A stretch of 64,000 bases of DNA from contig CM120646.1 of NCBI GenBank assembly GCA_051362555.1, positions 10,478,001-10,542,000 on the forward strand, in the 5' to 3' direction. The translations under genes were made by a program, and so were the position numbers. Of this stretch, positions 38,492 through 51,426 are shown one piece after another. The DNA comes from Lingula anatina. Its lineage: Eukaryota; Animalia; Brachiopoda. Every line of letters begins with the position of its first letter. Position 1 is the stretch's first letter. Under the pieces are notes generated by a model. That model worked only from the letters and a program-made list of their open reading frames with translations, was not told the DNA's origin and searched no databases.

Positions 38492-41400
38492 TTTTTATGT
38501 ACAGACACAGACGTGTCTGTACATATATATTGCCATCATCTGCGTCTGTCGTCGCCGTCGCTGTCGCCGTCGCCGTTGGCGTGCACTTTAACCGTAAACA
38601 CGATAAGTGAAAAACCGTTTTACCTTTTGGCTGGAAAGTTACAGAACTGATGAATATTCATAATACGCTGGTCAAGTTCGAAAATCAGCATGATCGGGCT
38701 ATTTTTAGGGAAGTTATGCTGTTTTTTCAATTTTTTCAGCATATATGCAACACCGTAAATACGATAAGTGGAAAACCGTTTTACTTTTTGGCTTGAAAGT
38801 TACAGAACTGATGAATATTCATAATATGCTGGTCAAGTTCGAAAATCAGCATGATGGGGCTATTTTAAGGGAAGTTATGCTGTTTTTTCAATTTTTTCAG
38901 CATATATGCAACACCGTAAATACGATAAGTGGAAAACCGTTTTACTTTTTGGCTTGAAAGTTACAGAACTGATGAATATTCATAATATGCTGGTCAAGTT
39001 CGAAAATCAGCATGATGGGGCTATTTTAAGGGAAGTTATGCTGTTTTTTCAATTTTTTCAGCATATATGCAACACCGTAAACACGATAAGTGGAAAACCG
39101 TTGTACTTTTTGGCTTGAAAGTTACAGAACTGATGAATATTCATAATACGCTGGTCAAGTTCGAAAATCAGCATGATCGGGCTATTTTAAGGGAAGTTAT
39201 GCTGTTTTTCAATTTTTTCAGCATATATGCAACACCGTAAACACAATAAGTGGAAAACCGTTTTACTTTTTGGCTTGAAAGTTACAGAAATGATGAATAT
39301 TCATAATACGCTGGTCAAGTTCGAAAATCAGCATAATCGGGGTATATTTAGGGAAGTTATGCTGTTTTTTCAATTTTTTCAGCATATATGCAACACCATA
39401 AACACGATTAGTGAAAAACCCTTTTACCTTTTGGCTTGAAAGTTACAGAACTGATGAATATTCATAATATGTCGGTCAAGTTCGAAAATCAGCATGATAG
39501 AGCCACTTTTATGTAAGTTATGCTGTTTTTTTATTTTTTTCAGCATATATATGCAACACTGATAACACAATATAAGAAAAACAGATATGCCAATTGTCAT
39601 TGTACTCACAGGAGTGGTCAATCTTACTAAAACATAGGTTGAGTATGAAAATCAGCATAATCGGGCCATTATTTTATAAGTTATGCTTTTTTTCACATTT
39701 CCTCAGATTCAATTCTTAGGTATGTTAATAGTCTCATTATTGAACTAATAAGATACGTAAAAGTGTTTGTTTGACATTACCTGCATCTTTACAACATTGT
39801 CAGTTGATTATGTAAAAATGATGGTAAATTTGTTATCGTGTATTGTGTAATGAAGTATCAAAAATGGAAATAAACACATATCATTGCAGTTTGTCAGATT
39901 CAATCATCCACTATGTTCAGAATCTTAGAATGGAGGAAATTGGACATTTAACACTGTTCTATTGGTATATTTCCCATCTCATCAATTTTCTTAGTTGGTC
40001 ATTTAAAAATGGCAGTAAATTGTTAATTTTGTTTTATGTTAAAAAAGTGTTAAAAATGGAAATGAACCCATTTCAGAAAAGTGCTGTCTTGTTTACATTT
40101 TGGCATTTTCAAGATGTGACTTTGAAGTTCCATGGTCCTGAAGACCTTTGCTAGTCACATTTTCTGAATATCCATGATACTAATAATTTATTATTAAAAA
40201 TTGATGGTCATTATGCTGTTAAACATTATGTAATATTGCATCAAAATTTGAAGAAACCCCTATTTTGTGCACTGCTCCTATGATGACCATTTAAGGAAAA
40301 TCATGTCACTTACTGTTCTCAAACTTACAGGAAAGAAACATGGGCCTAAAATACAGCTTCAGTAGGCAATGCAGTCTGTTTGGTAAATTTTTCTGGCAAT
40401 TTAACAGTTTTTTGTGAAAATTTAATTTTTCACATATTGGCATTTTCAAAGTGCGACTTAGAACCTCCACGGGCTTGAAGACCCATGCTAGTCACATTTT
40501 CTGAAAATCCATGACACATATATTTTATTATTAAAAATTGATGGTCATTATGCCGTTAAGCATTATGTAATGTTGCATCAAAATAGAAGAAAACACAATT
40601 TTTGGTGCTTCTGCCATGATGACCATTATGGGAAAACCATGTTACTTATGATTGTCAAACTTTCAAAAAAGAAACACAGGACTAAAATGCAGCCTGAGTT
40701 GGAAAAGCAGTTTAATTTGCTTCTTTTTCTGAAAGTTATACTTTTTAGTGAAATATTCATTTTTGGCATATTCACTGTGGGACTCGGAGCTCCCATGGAC
40801 ATGAAGTCGAATGGTAATCAAATTTTCTACATGTCCATGCTATTTATTGTCAATAATCAAAAATTGGTGCTAATTATTCTATAATTTATTATGTAATGTT
40901 ACATCAAAATTGACAAAAATCTTTTTGTACTGCTTCTGCAAACATTATGAAAAGAAAACTGTGTTACTTATTATTATGTTTAACTTACAAGTATGATTTT
41001 TAGGATTGGCATGCAGTTCAAATTAGAAAGCCAGCTCAATTGGGTTATCATTTATTATTGAATTTATGCAATTTTGTGTGAAATTATCATTTTTCTCATT
41101 CTGGCACTTTCAAAGTATAAACTTGAACTCTGATGGGCCTGAAGCCTTATGCTTTTACTTTCGTCGGTGTTACCTGTTCTGCATAATTAAAATTTGATAT
41201 TGACTGTGCGCAGTTAAACATAATGTATTATTGCATCAGAATTGGTAGTCTCCTATTTTGTACATTATTGTTTTGTGCTTTTCTTAAGATGTGACTTATG
41301 GGCCTGAAAGACCTTTGAGAGGGTCAGTCTGTAAATTTCCCTTGGGTATCACTTAGCTAATTTCAGAGTTATAAAGTGATTTGCCTAATTTAAAGGCCAT

Positions 41401-41530
41401 AAAATGAGATAACATAAAGCACACTTGTTGATATTTCCCTGTAAACTCCCAAAGGTTAAGCTCTCTGCTAGATTTATGATAAGGAAGCGGTGATAATTAT
41501 GCAGGTAAATTTTGTTTAATAGCGCAAATA

Positions 41531-41600
<70 letters not shown>

Positions 41601-42152
41601 AAACTCAAAGATTAAAAGTTTGAATAGCAGCTTCATTGGAATTATATTTACCTCTGCCAAGGAGGTTATATTTTCACCCCTGTTTGTCTGTCATCAACAT
41701 AACTCAAAAAGTTATGGAACGATTTTGCTGAAATTTTCAGGAACTGTCAGAAGTGGGCCAAAGAGGACAATAATCAATAATAATCAACAATTGCTGCCTT
41801 GGCAGAGGTCTGCACTCTCGGAGTGCTTTTCTGGTTTTGTTATGTTTTCCTTTATAATTTGTGATTTTTAACTCTCATCCGTGTAAGGCTCTGCACACTT
41901 TCTGTATTTTATATAGGTTAAGCTCTCTTAACTGGGTCACATATTTAGGAATTGGTGATAATTATGCAGGTAAATGTTGTTTAATATTGCAAATAAGTTT
42001 ACAAAAGAAAAAATTTGTGTAATGCCAACATTAATGCTATAGATGAATAACAGCGCCTTATTTTCCTCAAACACATTGGGGTTATTCATATCATGTAATA
42101 CAGCAAGATTTTGATTGAATAGCAGCTTTATTGGAATTTTTTTATTGTTTTT

Positions 42153-42184
<32 letters not shown>

Positions 42185-42733
42185 TTTCTTTTAATTTCTT
42201 TTCCTAAACACTGGCATTTATAACTCCCATCCACCTGAAGGTCTTTAGATTTTCTATATTTCCACATAAGCAGTTGCATAGGTTTTTATGTCTTTAAACA
42301 TTATGTATTAATATTATTTTATGCACTGTCAACATTTTTCAAATATTGGGATTTTCATTATCTGAATTTGAACTCTCATGGTCCAGAAACTGTAATCTTA
42401 TTGCAGGGGTGGATTGAGGCCGTCTTCTGGGTCTTTCAGATGACGGTCAGATTTTAAAGTTTACATTGACTGGTATCAATTTTTTTCTGTTGGAAGACCA
42501 TCAAAAGTGGAGGATGGATCAACAAAGATACTTTGGATTACTGTCAGAAAATATCTCTGGATCTGCTCCTGTTATTGAGCATGTTATCTGTTGTGCATGA
42601 TTAAAAATCAGTGTTAACTGACTGTGCTATTATAAGCATTATTTATTATTGAATCAAAATTGACAAAATGACCTATTTTGCATCTTTATTTTCTGTTTTT
42701 TGTCTGTACATTTGACAGCTTTGCTGCCTTGTT
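38492..42733 (-). mobile_element. Family A full-length copy (about 4.2 kb), inverted
   Basis: Reverse complement of 21063-25165 along its length. About six 161-bp units at about 38590-39560; the near-identical ORFs at 38745 and 38906 are 161 bp apart. Confidence 0.85.
41535..41597. repeat. (TA)n microsatellite
   Basis: Read directly; homologous shorter tracts at about 21917-21930 and 25607-25646 in other family A copies. Confidence 0.95.
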
Positions 42734-42740
42734 TTTTTTT

Positions 42741-42958
42741 ACCTCTGCCAAGGAGGTTATGTTTTCACCCCTGTTTGTCTGTCTGTTTGTTTGTTTGTCA
42801 TCAACATAACTCAAAAAGTTATGGGCCGATTTTGATCATTAACTGTCAGAAGTGGGCCAAGGAAGAGATGATTAGTTTTTGGTGGTGATCAATAATCAAT
42901 AATAATCAAAAATCGCTGCCTTGGCGGAGGTCTGCGCTCTCGGAGTGCTTTTCTAGTT
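42741..42958 (-). mobile_element. Family D short HINE-like element
   Basis: AACTAGAAAAGCACTCCGAGAG...CCGCCAAGG head, (GTCT/GTTT)n tract and ACCTCCTTGGCAGAGGT tail. Other copies at about 21631-21868, 25328-25566, 41648-41836 and 34722-34960. Confidence 0.7.
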
Positions 42959-43469
42959 TAAAGTTATATATCAATCAATGAAGGCAGAGTGCTTTGATAT
43001 CAACTTATAATAACCCTTTGACAACTTAATTAACTGTAAAAAAATCGAAGAGAATACCATTAATGTTATTCTCAAGAGTTCATTCAGTACAATTCAATGG
43101 AAGTACAAATAAGAAATAGAGAGGTTTTGGAGGGCAATACTAATTTAAAAAAAAAACATCCATATACCTGAAACATGTTGCAGGTATGTTTTATAAATCT
43201 TGTGTAGTTTTTTGGTAATGAAATTCAAATGCCAAAACACAGAGTAGTAAACATGCCTATAATTCTGTAAAACTCTAAAAGTAATATTTCTTTCTTTATA
43301 TAATTCTAATGATCAAATATTTACTGTCTAAATGCTCTGTATTACAGACATCAGGCATGAAAAACTAAGGCACACAGCATCTTAAATGGTTAACTCTACC
43401 ATTTTCATCAATGGTCCAAAATAGGAAAAAATAACAATGCATAAATGTCCTTAAATATCATGCTGGTTA

Positions 43470-46400
43470 TCATGAATAATACTTCTGAATTCCCTTTGAT
43501 ATATATGAACTGAAGAAACTGAAAGAGTGACTTGCTACATCTGTTTGTGCTCTCAAAACAACGTGGACAGCAGTCTGACTACTACATGCCTGTTTGTCAT
43601 CATCCATCAACAGCACATCAATAGTAAATGGCTTAATCTTTTCGCCTCTGTCCCTTTCATGTTCTATAACATCCTGGGTGACCTTGATCTCTAGGTCAAG
43701 GTCATCTTTATGACCAGCATGTAAAAGATTTTTGCGTACTGCTTTGCGACGCAGCCACACAGCATGCTGTATGGAGCATTGTAAATGCATGAACAAGTTG
43801 TTTGGTTTTTTAGGAGAACTTGTTATTCTACTATCAGGAGATTGCTCTCTTATAGCACTATGCTGAGGAAAAAGGTCTCTTTCCTCTGGCTTTAGACTAG
43901 TCTTTAACTGACTCTTCACTAGCTCTGAATCAAATTTCTTTGGGTTTAAGTTCTTTAAACAGTCCTCTGCTGAGACTTTGTTGCCATCAATGGAATTATT
44001 TTCAGTCACCTTAATACTTTCAGACTGAAATACTTCCCTTTCCAGCTGAGAATAATCATCGAAATTGTTTTCCGCACATGCCTCATTCTGTAAAACTTCA
44101 CAATCTGTGTTCAGATTTGCATCACTTTTTGTTTTCTTTAAAATCTGATGATCAGAGAGGTATTCAGAACCACTGTTTTGTCTCTTTGGTGTTCCACTCC
44201 CACTACCAATAGCGGCCCCAATGGCATGACCCTCAGTTGGAAAAAGGGACAACGGTTCATTAACTAAATTTTCAACGGCAGTCTTCTCAATTTTGCCAGA
44301 TTGATCTTTATCATCTGCATCTTTTTGTTTCTTCGTAACATCATTCAAATGAAACTCCTCCATTTCAGTCACTTTATCAGTGTCATCCACAATTTTATTG
44401 GGTTTACTGTCCACTGCACTGAAAGAAAGTTCCGTCCTTTCAGTGACATCAGGTGTTTTTTTCTGCCATCTACTTCTGCCATCTACTTCGTCTTCTTCAC
44501 CAGGTGGCAGTACAGAATTTTGCTCGCTGCCTTTTTGTGAAATATTGTCTTTGAATAACAGAGTTGGGATGAGTAAACATTCTGCAAGGAGTTTATAAAT
44601 AAACTGACAAATCTCCTGCTGCCATGCATGTTTGAAATCAGGGGTTTCATTGAGTCGAAGTAAACATTTTTGGGAAAGGTGTGCAGGACAGAGAACAATT
44701 TCGAAGGAAGTTTCCAGGCAACTTTTCATATGTTTTCTTGTCCCATGCTTTGAAGGATGTTTGTTTTCAGCCAGTTTTAATTTTGAGATAAGATGATCAC
44801 TCTGATTGGGTGGAACAGAAGTGAACTGTGCTGGTATCTCATTAGATAAAAACATAACTAATCCCTGAAGTGAAAACTCATGGTCTGGGTTGTCCCTTAG
44901 AAAATCAGCCATCTTGGCTGCTGTCTGGAATTCTGAAATGATTCTTTCTTTCATCTTTTCGTTGATGTTAAATGCTGGGTTATGATTCAAGACAAAAGGA
45001 TCCTGAATAGCAACTGTTTCCACCTAGGGGAGAAAGAAATAAATGTTTGTTATGCCTTCAAGTCTTTTCAAATGTCAACGTTGCTGTGATATTGATACTT
45101 GAAGTGTACATTTTAAGTCAACTTATTATCATCAATTTTTGATGCTTAATATTTTAAAGGGATAAAAACACAGGTCAAGATAGCATATAGCAAAGTTTAC
45201 CTTATAACCTTCCATCTTAGCTGGCATTGTATCTGGGTTGAGGACAGTCACCAAATTCATGGTCTTGCCCGTTCTGGGGCAGATGATGCTTGTACTGAAG
45301 TCAAACTTGGCATAGAACTGATAGAAACCAAGCAAGAGCTCACCTGAAGAAAGGAAAGATATAATAAGTAATAAATATTAAATAAAGGTTAATATTCATC
45401 TGCTGCCTTAATATATTTGACTTATCAAATATTACAGTTAGGATATTTTTCATATGTACTGAACAAGGATATTTCAATCTATGGGAGAATGTGTGTGTGC
45501 ATGTGTGTGTGTGGGCGTGTGCATGAGTGCACAAAAAAAGAAAAAAAAACTTACCAACTGTCATTGTGTTAGCAGTACAAGGTATGCATGACTTATCTTC
45601 TACAAATGAGCAGTCCCAGCCCTCAATGACAACTTTCTCTTCTGGACCTGAAAAGGGCAATAATCATTTCAATCACTTTGGTCACATGATCACAATGACA
45701 TGACTTAAATTTTCAATATCTCATTATTTTTCAGTTAAAATTTCCATCTCACCAGAAACAGATAATCAGTTTCTACACACTTCTTTCGGCATGTATAAAA
45801 GTAGTTACTGTTGTAGCAATATTTTATTCAACAGCAACAAATCAAAAACTACATTAAAATAATCAATCACATGAAACCCACCACAATAATCGGCCAACTG
45901 CTGAATACTGGGAAGGATAGGCTTCTCTAAGTTCTGGAGGTAGAAAACTACAAGCAAACACAGTGCATAATTGTTCAGCTTGGTTCCTGATTGGATGTTG
46001 CCTGCAATGTCTCTGCACTTGGCCCAGTAACGTATAGCATAAACCAGAGGAGATAACCTCACATCCAGCTCTGTGCAGAGTCTGAGGAACTTGGTGTTTC
46101 TGAGAGCTAATCTGAAAGAGGAACACATTGGCCACATAAATAAAGTTAAAAGGTTAGGAAAGTAACCAAAGCTATTGAAAAAGAAAAAAAGTGCCCTTTT
46201 TTAAGACATTATCTGCAATCAATACTAAAAATTGCTTTTCTGACAGTTTATTTTTATTGACAAATTAAGAGAGGTAACAATTTTGTCTTATTTATATGCA
46301 TAAAATTTTTTCCAGTTGATAAACATCAGAGCTGTTGTGAGCCAACTCAGCAAAAAAGTGTCCTTTTTTATCTTCAATCAATACCAATAATTGCCTTTCA

Positions 46401-49400
46401 ATCTTTTAATATACTTGTTCACTGTATATATACTTGAGTGGTACCAATACATATTTGTTGTTACTGTCACTGAAAGTGAGACTAACAGTAATTATTGTAG
46501 TACACTAACCTGTTACTGACAGATACATCACATTTAATCCCCGAGGACCTGAAGGTAAATCTACACACTGGACACCTCTGACTGGGAACAAATACTACAT
46601 TCTGGCATTCTGGGATATGTCTCTGGATTGTTCTGCTGATTGCCTTAACCTGGTCAAAGCTTGTCATTTCTCTCAATTCCTCACGCGTATAAACTTTGAT
46701 TTGGCGCCTGTCTCTGGTGTCTAAATTACTAGGGCTCTGAAGCGTAAAGTGATGAGTGTCATTTTCATTTTATTTGATGTAAAAAAAAAATGTTCATCCA
46801 TAAAGGATCAATTTCTTTGCAACCTGAATATTAGCTGACCTTTTTAATTCCAATCTATTACACGTTAGTTCTCACTTCTGACTAAAACATTTTTCAACAG
46901 ATATTACATGTGGATTAAACATAATCATTCAAATTAAACTCTCACTTCCGACTCGGATAAAAATCTTTCACTTTTAAGGTCATCTTCATCTATGTGAAGG
47001 TCAAGAAAGATGTCCATGTCGCACCCCTTGACACCAAACTTGTTCACAGAGGATCCAAACTGGTGTATGGTACAGCCTATCAAAAATAAATAAACAATCA
47101 AATACATTTTAAAACAAGAGATAACTGAACTGAAATGAGTTTATTTCCATTGTCAACGCTTTTTACATAAAACAAAGTAACCCATTTACTTTCATTTTTA
47201 TATGATCAACTAAGAAAATTGTTGAGATGGAAAAATAACAATAGAACAATTTTACATTGTCCAATTTGTTCCATTATGAGATTCTGAACATAGTGAATGT
47301 CTAAATTTGACAAACTGCAATGACATGAGCTTATTTCCACTTTTGACACTTTATAACACAATACACGATAACAGATTCACCATCATTATTATATAATCAA
47401 CTTACAATATTGTTAAAATGCAGAAAAGGTCAAAAGAACTTTTATGTATCTAATTAGTTCAATAATGACACTGTAAACATGCCTAAGAATTGAATCTGAG
47501 GAAAAAACACTAATATACAAAAAAGGCATAACTTCATCAAAACTAAACCGATCAAGCTTATTTTCAAACTTGATCTGTATATTAGTCCTATGCCCTACAA
47601 GTTTTAAAGTAAAATATTACACGGTTTTCATGTTATCTGTATAATGGTGGATAAAATATGCTGAAAAGTGAAAAAAACAGCATAACTTTTGTAAAAATGG
47701 CCCAATCAAGCTGATCTTTGTACTCAACCCGTTTTTAAGTAAGACTGATCATTCCTGTGAGTTTCAAGACAATAGGCCAATCATTTTTTAATGTGTCATC
47801 AAAGCTGCATATATTTTGAAAAAAGCAAGAAAAAACAGCATAACTTTTTTAAAAATTGCCTGATCATGCCGATTTTTTAACTCAACCTGTATTTTTTGAA
47901 TGTGCATCAGTTCTGTACGTTCAAAGCCAAAAGATAAAATGGTTTTCCACTTATCGTGTTATCAATTAAAGTGCATGACACATCATGAAAATAATGAACC
48001 AAATATATGTACAGACATATCATAAAAATAATGAACCAAATACTTTTTTGTTAATGTATATTTGAAATATTGTAAATATAATTTTTAAAATGGATTTTAA
48101 GAAAAAATGACACAGGTAAAAGAGCTGCAGTGAATATGCTATGGCATACTAAATTACAATTTTACTTTACTCCACAAACATTTATCTAATAATTTGTCGC
48201 ATGAAATGCAAACTCAAACTGCTTTTGAGACAAGATACGTTACATCCTGTTGTAAATTTCAACAATAATTTCAATTTCCCCATGATAAAAGATTATTCAT
48301 ACCAAGTCAAAAAAGCCAAATTCCATCCTATCCCGAAAATCTCTTCAAATTCCATTCATAACTCTTTAAGTTGGGCAACTCAGACTGGTGACAAAGAGAA
48401 AAACAGACAGACAATAATAATAACCAAAAGATAGTCAACTGAGGGTTAAGAGATAACCTTCATGACTGTGGTAATTCTCTCACAAAGCACACAATAAGCT
48501 TGCAATGATCACATGAGTTCAGGGCCCCCTGTTTACCTGGGAAGAAAACTGCCAGCTGTTTCTGCAGTGACTGACACAGCTGCTGTCTCTGCTGGTCATC
48601 CTCTTGGGTCAGCTGGAGAAGGGACATCAGCCTGACCATCTGGCCATCAAGCTGAAACACATAGAGATACTGGGTTCAGGGATGAGACAGCCATTTACTG
48701 AAAAAGTCTGAAAATATGGCATAGGGTCCGAGGGGACCCACATCAATCTCTAAAATTATATTTTGGCTCCCAAAAGAAATGGAATGCGGTGATTGTTGGA
48801 AAAATCTTACTACTGACTTACTGCAATCGAATACACCAGTGCTGCAGTGATTGAGTACAATATATTACGGATACTGAAAATGCAATACAATAGTCTAAGG
48901 ATAGAACATGCATATAGAGAGAGACAGCAATGCCCCATCTAACATATTATGGTAACCGTTGCCTTTTTTGCATAGAATAGCTTACAAGAAACAAGACAAC
49001 TCTGGAGCAAAACAGTGACTTAGTTCAAGTGATACTGTGATAGTAAACCTATCAGCACAGTGTCTGACATTGTCTGCATCATAGTGACATTGTCTGCATC
49101 ATAAATATGTATTGAAAAAAAGCTTTACGTACTAGTAAGTGTTTAAATAAGGTGTCACTTGTAAAAGTTGAAAAAGTGAAACCAAAAACATCCCCTTACA
49201 GATTGTATTTTCCTCAATTCCTCTAGCACTGTTTTTCTGTCAACCACAGGAACTTCAGAATCTTTGTTTTGAGTTTTCTTTGTTGTGTCATGTCTATTTC
49301 CCAATCGTGCCGGCTTGAAATTGTCCATTTTGACTTCCCTGGGCTTGACCACCAACTTGTGGTCACCGGGTAGCCTGTGGTCAGACTGACCAAGCACCTG

Positions 49401-51426
49401 CTGGGCTGCATCCTTACAGTCAAATTCAATGATGGCATACAAAGACTGAAAATCAATATGGTTGTTTAACTTTAAGTGTTACCAATATCACTCTTGTTTC
49501 ACTGCTTGGGCAGTGTTGAATAGCAGTGCTTTTTTAATTTAATTAAAAGCATGTGACGTTATACAGAGACTGTTATAATATCAATTTTGATATTTGATCA
49601 CTGATTTTAAGCTGACAATATTTATTCATTATATATTAAGCAAAATAACTTTAAAAACTACACATATTTTAAAGCAATAATAACTCTTCCTTTGAGATTC
49701 AAAAATCCGCATGAAATACATTGTAAACAACGCATGGAAATATATTCTATTGTATTTTACCACTAAAACGGCCGTTATTGTAGGAAAACTAAAATCTGTG
49801 CTTGTCAATATGGCTTTCGATCCCTTTTTTCCGCTCGACAAGTGCATTCGTTGCTAATGACGTAATGGTGTCACGCGGATTCTCGCGTTCATTCGAGACC
49901 AAAATAACATGGCGGGAAACCCTCAGACGTAAGTTGCGAGTTTTTGTACAGTGCGTCGGATAACGAAAAGCCCAGAATGGCACACATTGTGGATATAAAA
50001 GCGTTTTTAACAAAAAAGACGAATATATCTCATGAATCTTATATAGTGTTGTTGTTGTCTGCTTTTCCCGCGGTTTTAAGTAGGTCACCAGTGACTTTGC
50101 AATGTCAGAGAGAGCTCCGTCAGTTAAAATCTCTTAAGAGATTTTAACAAAAAACCGTACGTTTAGGAAAAAAACCCTGGATTAACTTTGAATGCAGGAA
50201 TGGGGTCGTTGGCCATTGGTAAGTACGGGAAAATTGCCGTTTACTCCAGGAAAATCCAATTTTTGGCCAAAACGAAGAGTTATTATGACTTTAATATCTA
50301 ATACACAGACTTAACAAAAATCATTTTGGGTTATAATGGTTTAATGACATGAAAAATTTTTTATCTCAGAGGGATCATCTACTGTACTTTTAGAGTAAGA
50401 CACTACCTTAACTTTGTCCATCACAACTTTCTTTATATTTCCAAATTTCTGGAAGTGTTCCTTCAATTGAGCTGCGCTGAGTTTAGTGTTCCCATGGACA
50501 CCCCTCACAAATACACTGCAACTGGCCTTCTCTGCCGCCTTGTTCTTCATCTGTAAGAGACGCTGATGACGCTTGCCCTGGATGTGCCTAGCCATACTGC
50601 CATCTGAGACAAAAAACATTTCTCGTGTAGCATTTTATCCACATCACATATAAATTGAAATCACCAAACTGAATATATGTGCTTTACTGTTTCACTCATG
50701 CCAAAATTATTTTAAAAGACTAAATTGATTTTAACCTTCTTTTTTTTAACTCATTTTTAACAATGTTATGGTAAAACAATGTGGTAGAATAAAGCCATTT
50801 TTAGATTCATGAACTGATCAAGGTGGCATTTACTCATACTATATATATCTTTTGTCTAAAACTGCTTTCTGTATTCACTCATATACAGAACATGTCAGTT
50901 GCCAAGCATCTACTACACAAGTCCTATGCACCATGAAAGGTATAAACTGAGGGATGTTATTGCCCCCTTCAAGGCTTCAGTACTGTACATGGGCTTCCAG
51001 CCAACAGTTTCAAGGGGGGGGGGTCTTTTCTGAAGAAGTGGACCTTACAGTTTACAACCCTTATTTGATCTTAACTGAGAAATTGAGCAGGACCTTAGTC
51101 CTAGATCAAATTTTAATCAGAGAGGACGTTTTAAAAGCAATAGGAGTCTGGACGGTACCTTCTAACCTCTAAAAAACCCCTCCACCCCACTCTCCGCCCT
51201 TGTACGAGCCTGGTACATCCTCCGATCACTACCAGCATGAAGTAAAAATCGTTTTTGATGGATAAAATAACTGATTTTTGACGGATACTACAAACTGAAC
51301 AGAAATGTTGCTACCTCAATGTTTTTAGCACTTAAGATAAGTTCTTAAAATGGCAAAAAAATACTAACCAGACTGATCTCTTCCAACACACACGACAGCA
51401 TCGCAAACATCGCAATGAACCTCCAT
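43470..51426 (-). CDS. TUT1: Terminal uridylyltransferase 1 / speckle-targeted PIP5K1A-regulated poly(A) polymerase (Star-PAP); 10 exons
   Basis: Exons 51426-51369, 50603-50407, 49445-49200, 48651-48537, 47076-46946, 46736-46510, 46111-45882, 45647-45555, 45343-45201, 45023-43470. Matrin-type Zn finger (CDVC...HIQGKRH), RRM (SVFVRG, YAIIEF), NTase ([22 protein letters not shown]), PAP-associated [10 protein letters not shown] and a KA1-like C-terminus ([12 protein letters not shown]). Confidence 0.92.
47112..48020 (+). mobile_element. Older, 5'-truncated family A copy in a TUT1 intron
   Basis: Similar to 2015-2700 and ends in a degenerate ATGTACAGACA. Confidence 0.65.
49673..50290. mobile_element. 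Kolobok-like non-autonomous DNA transposon in TUT1 intron 2
   Basis: TTAA on both flanks; imperfect TIR AGCAATAATAACTCTTCC versus reverse complement AGTCATAATAACTCTTCG; CpG-richer interior. Confidence 0.7.

Noticed and set aside
38745-39439. Three near-identical 70-aa ORFs
   Set aside because: They are translations of the 161-bp satellite unit with no protein-family signal.
22567-40884. Recurring similar ORFs (e.g. IDGHYAVKHY..., LHQNRRKHNFW) suggesting a gene family
   Set aside because: All lie inside family A repeat copies, with stops and frameshifts that differ between copies.
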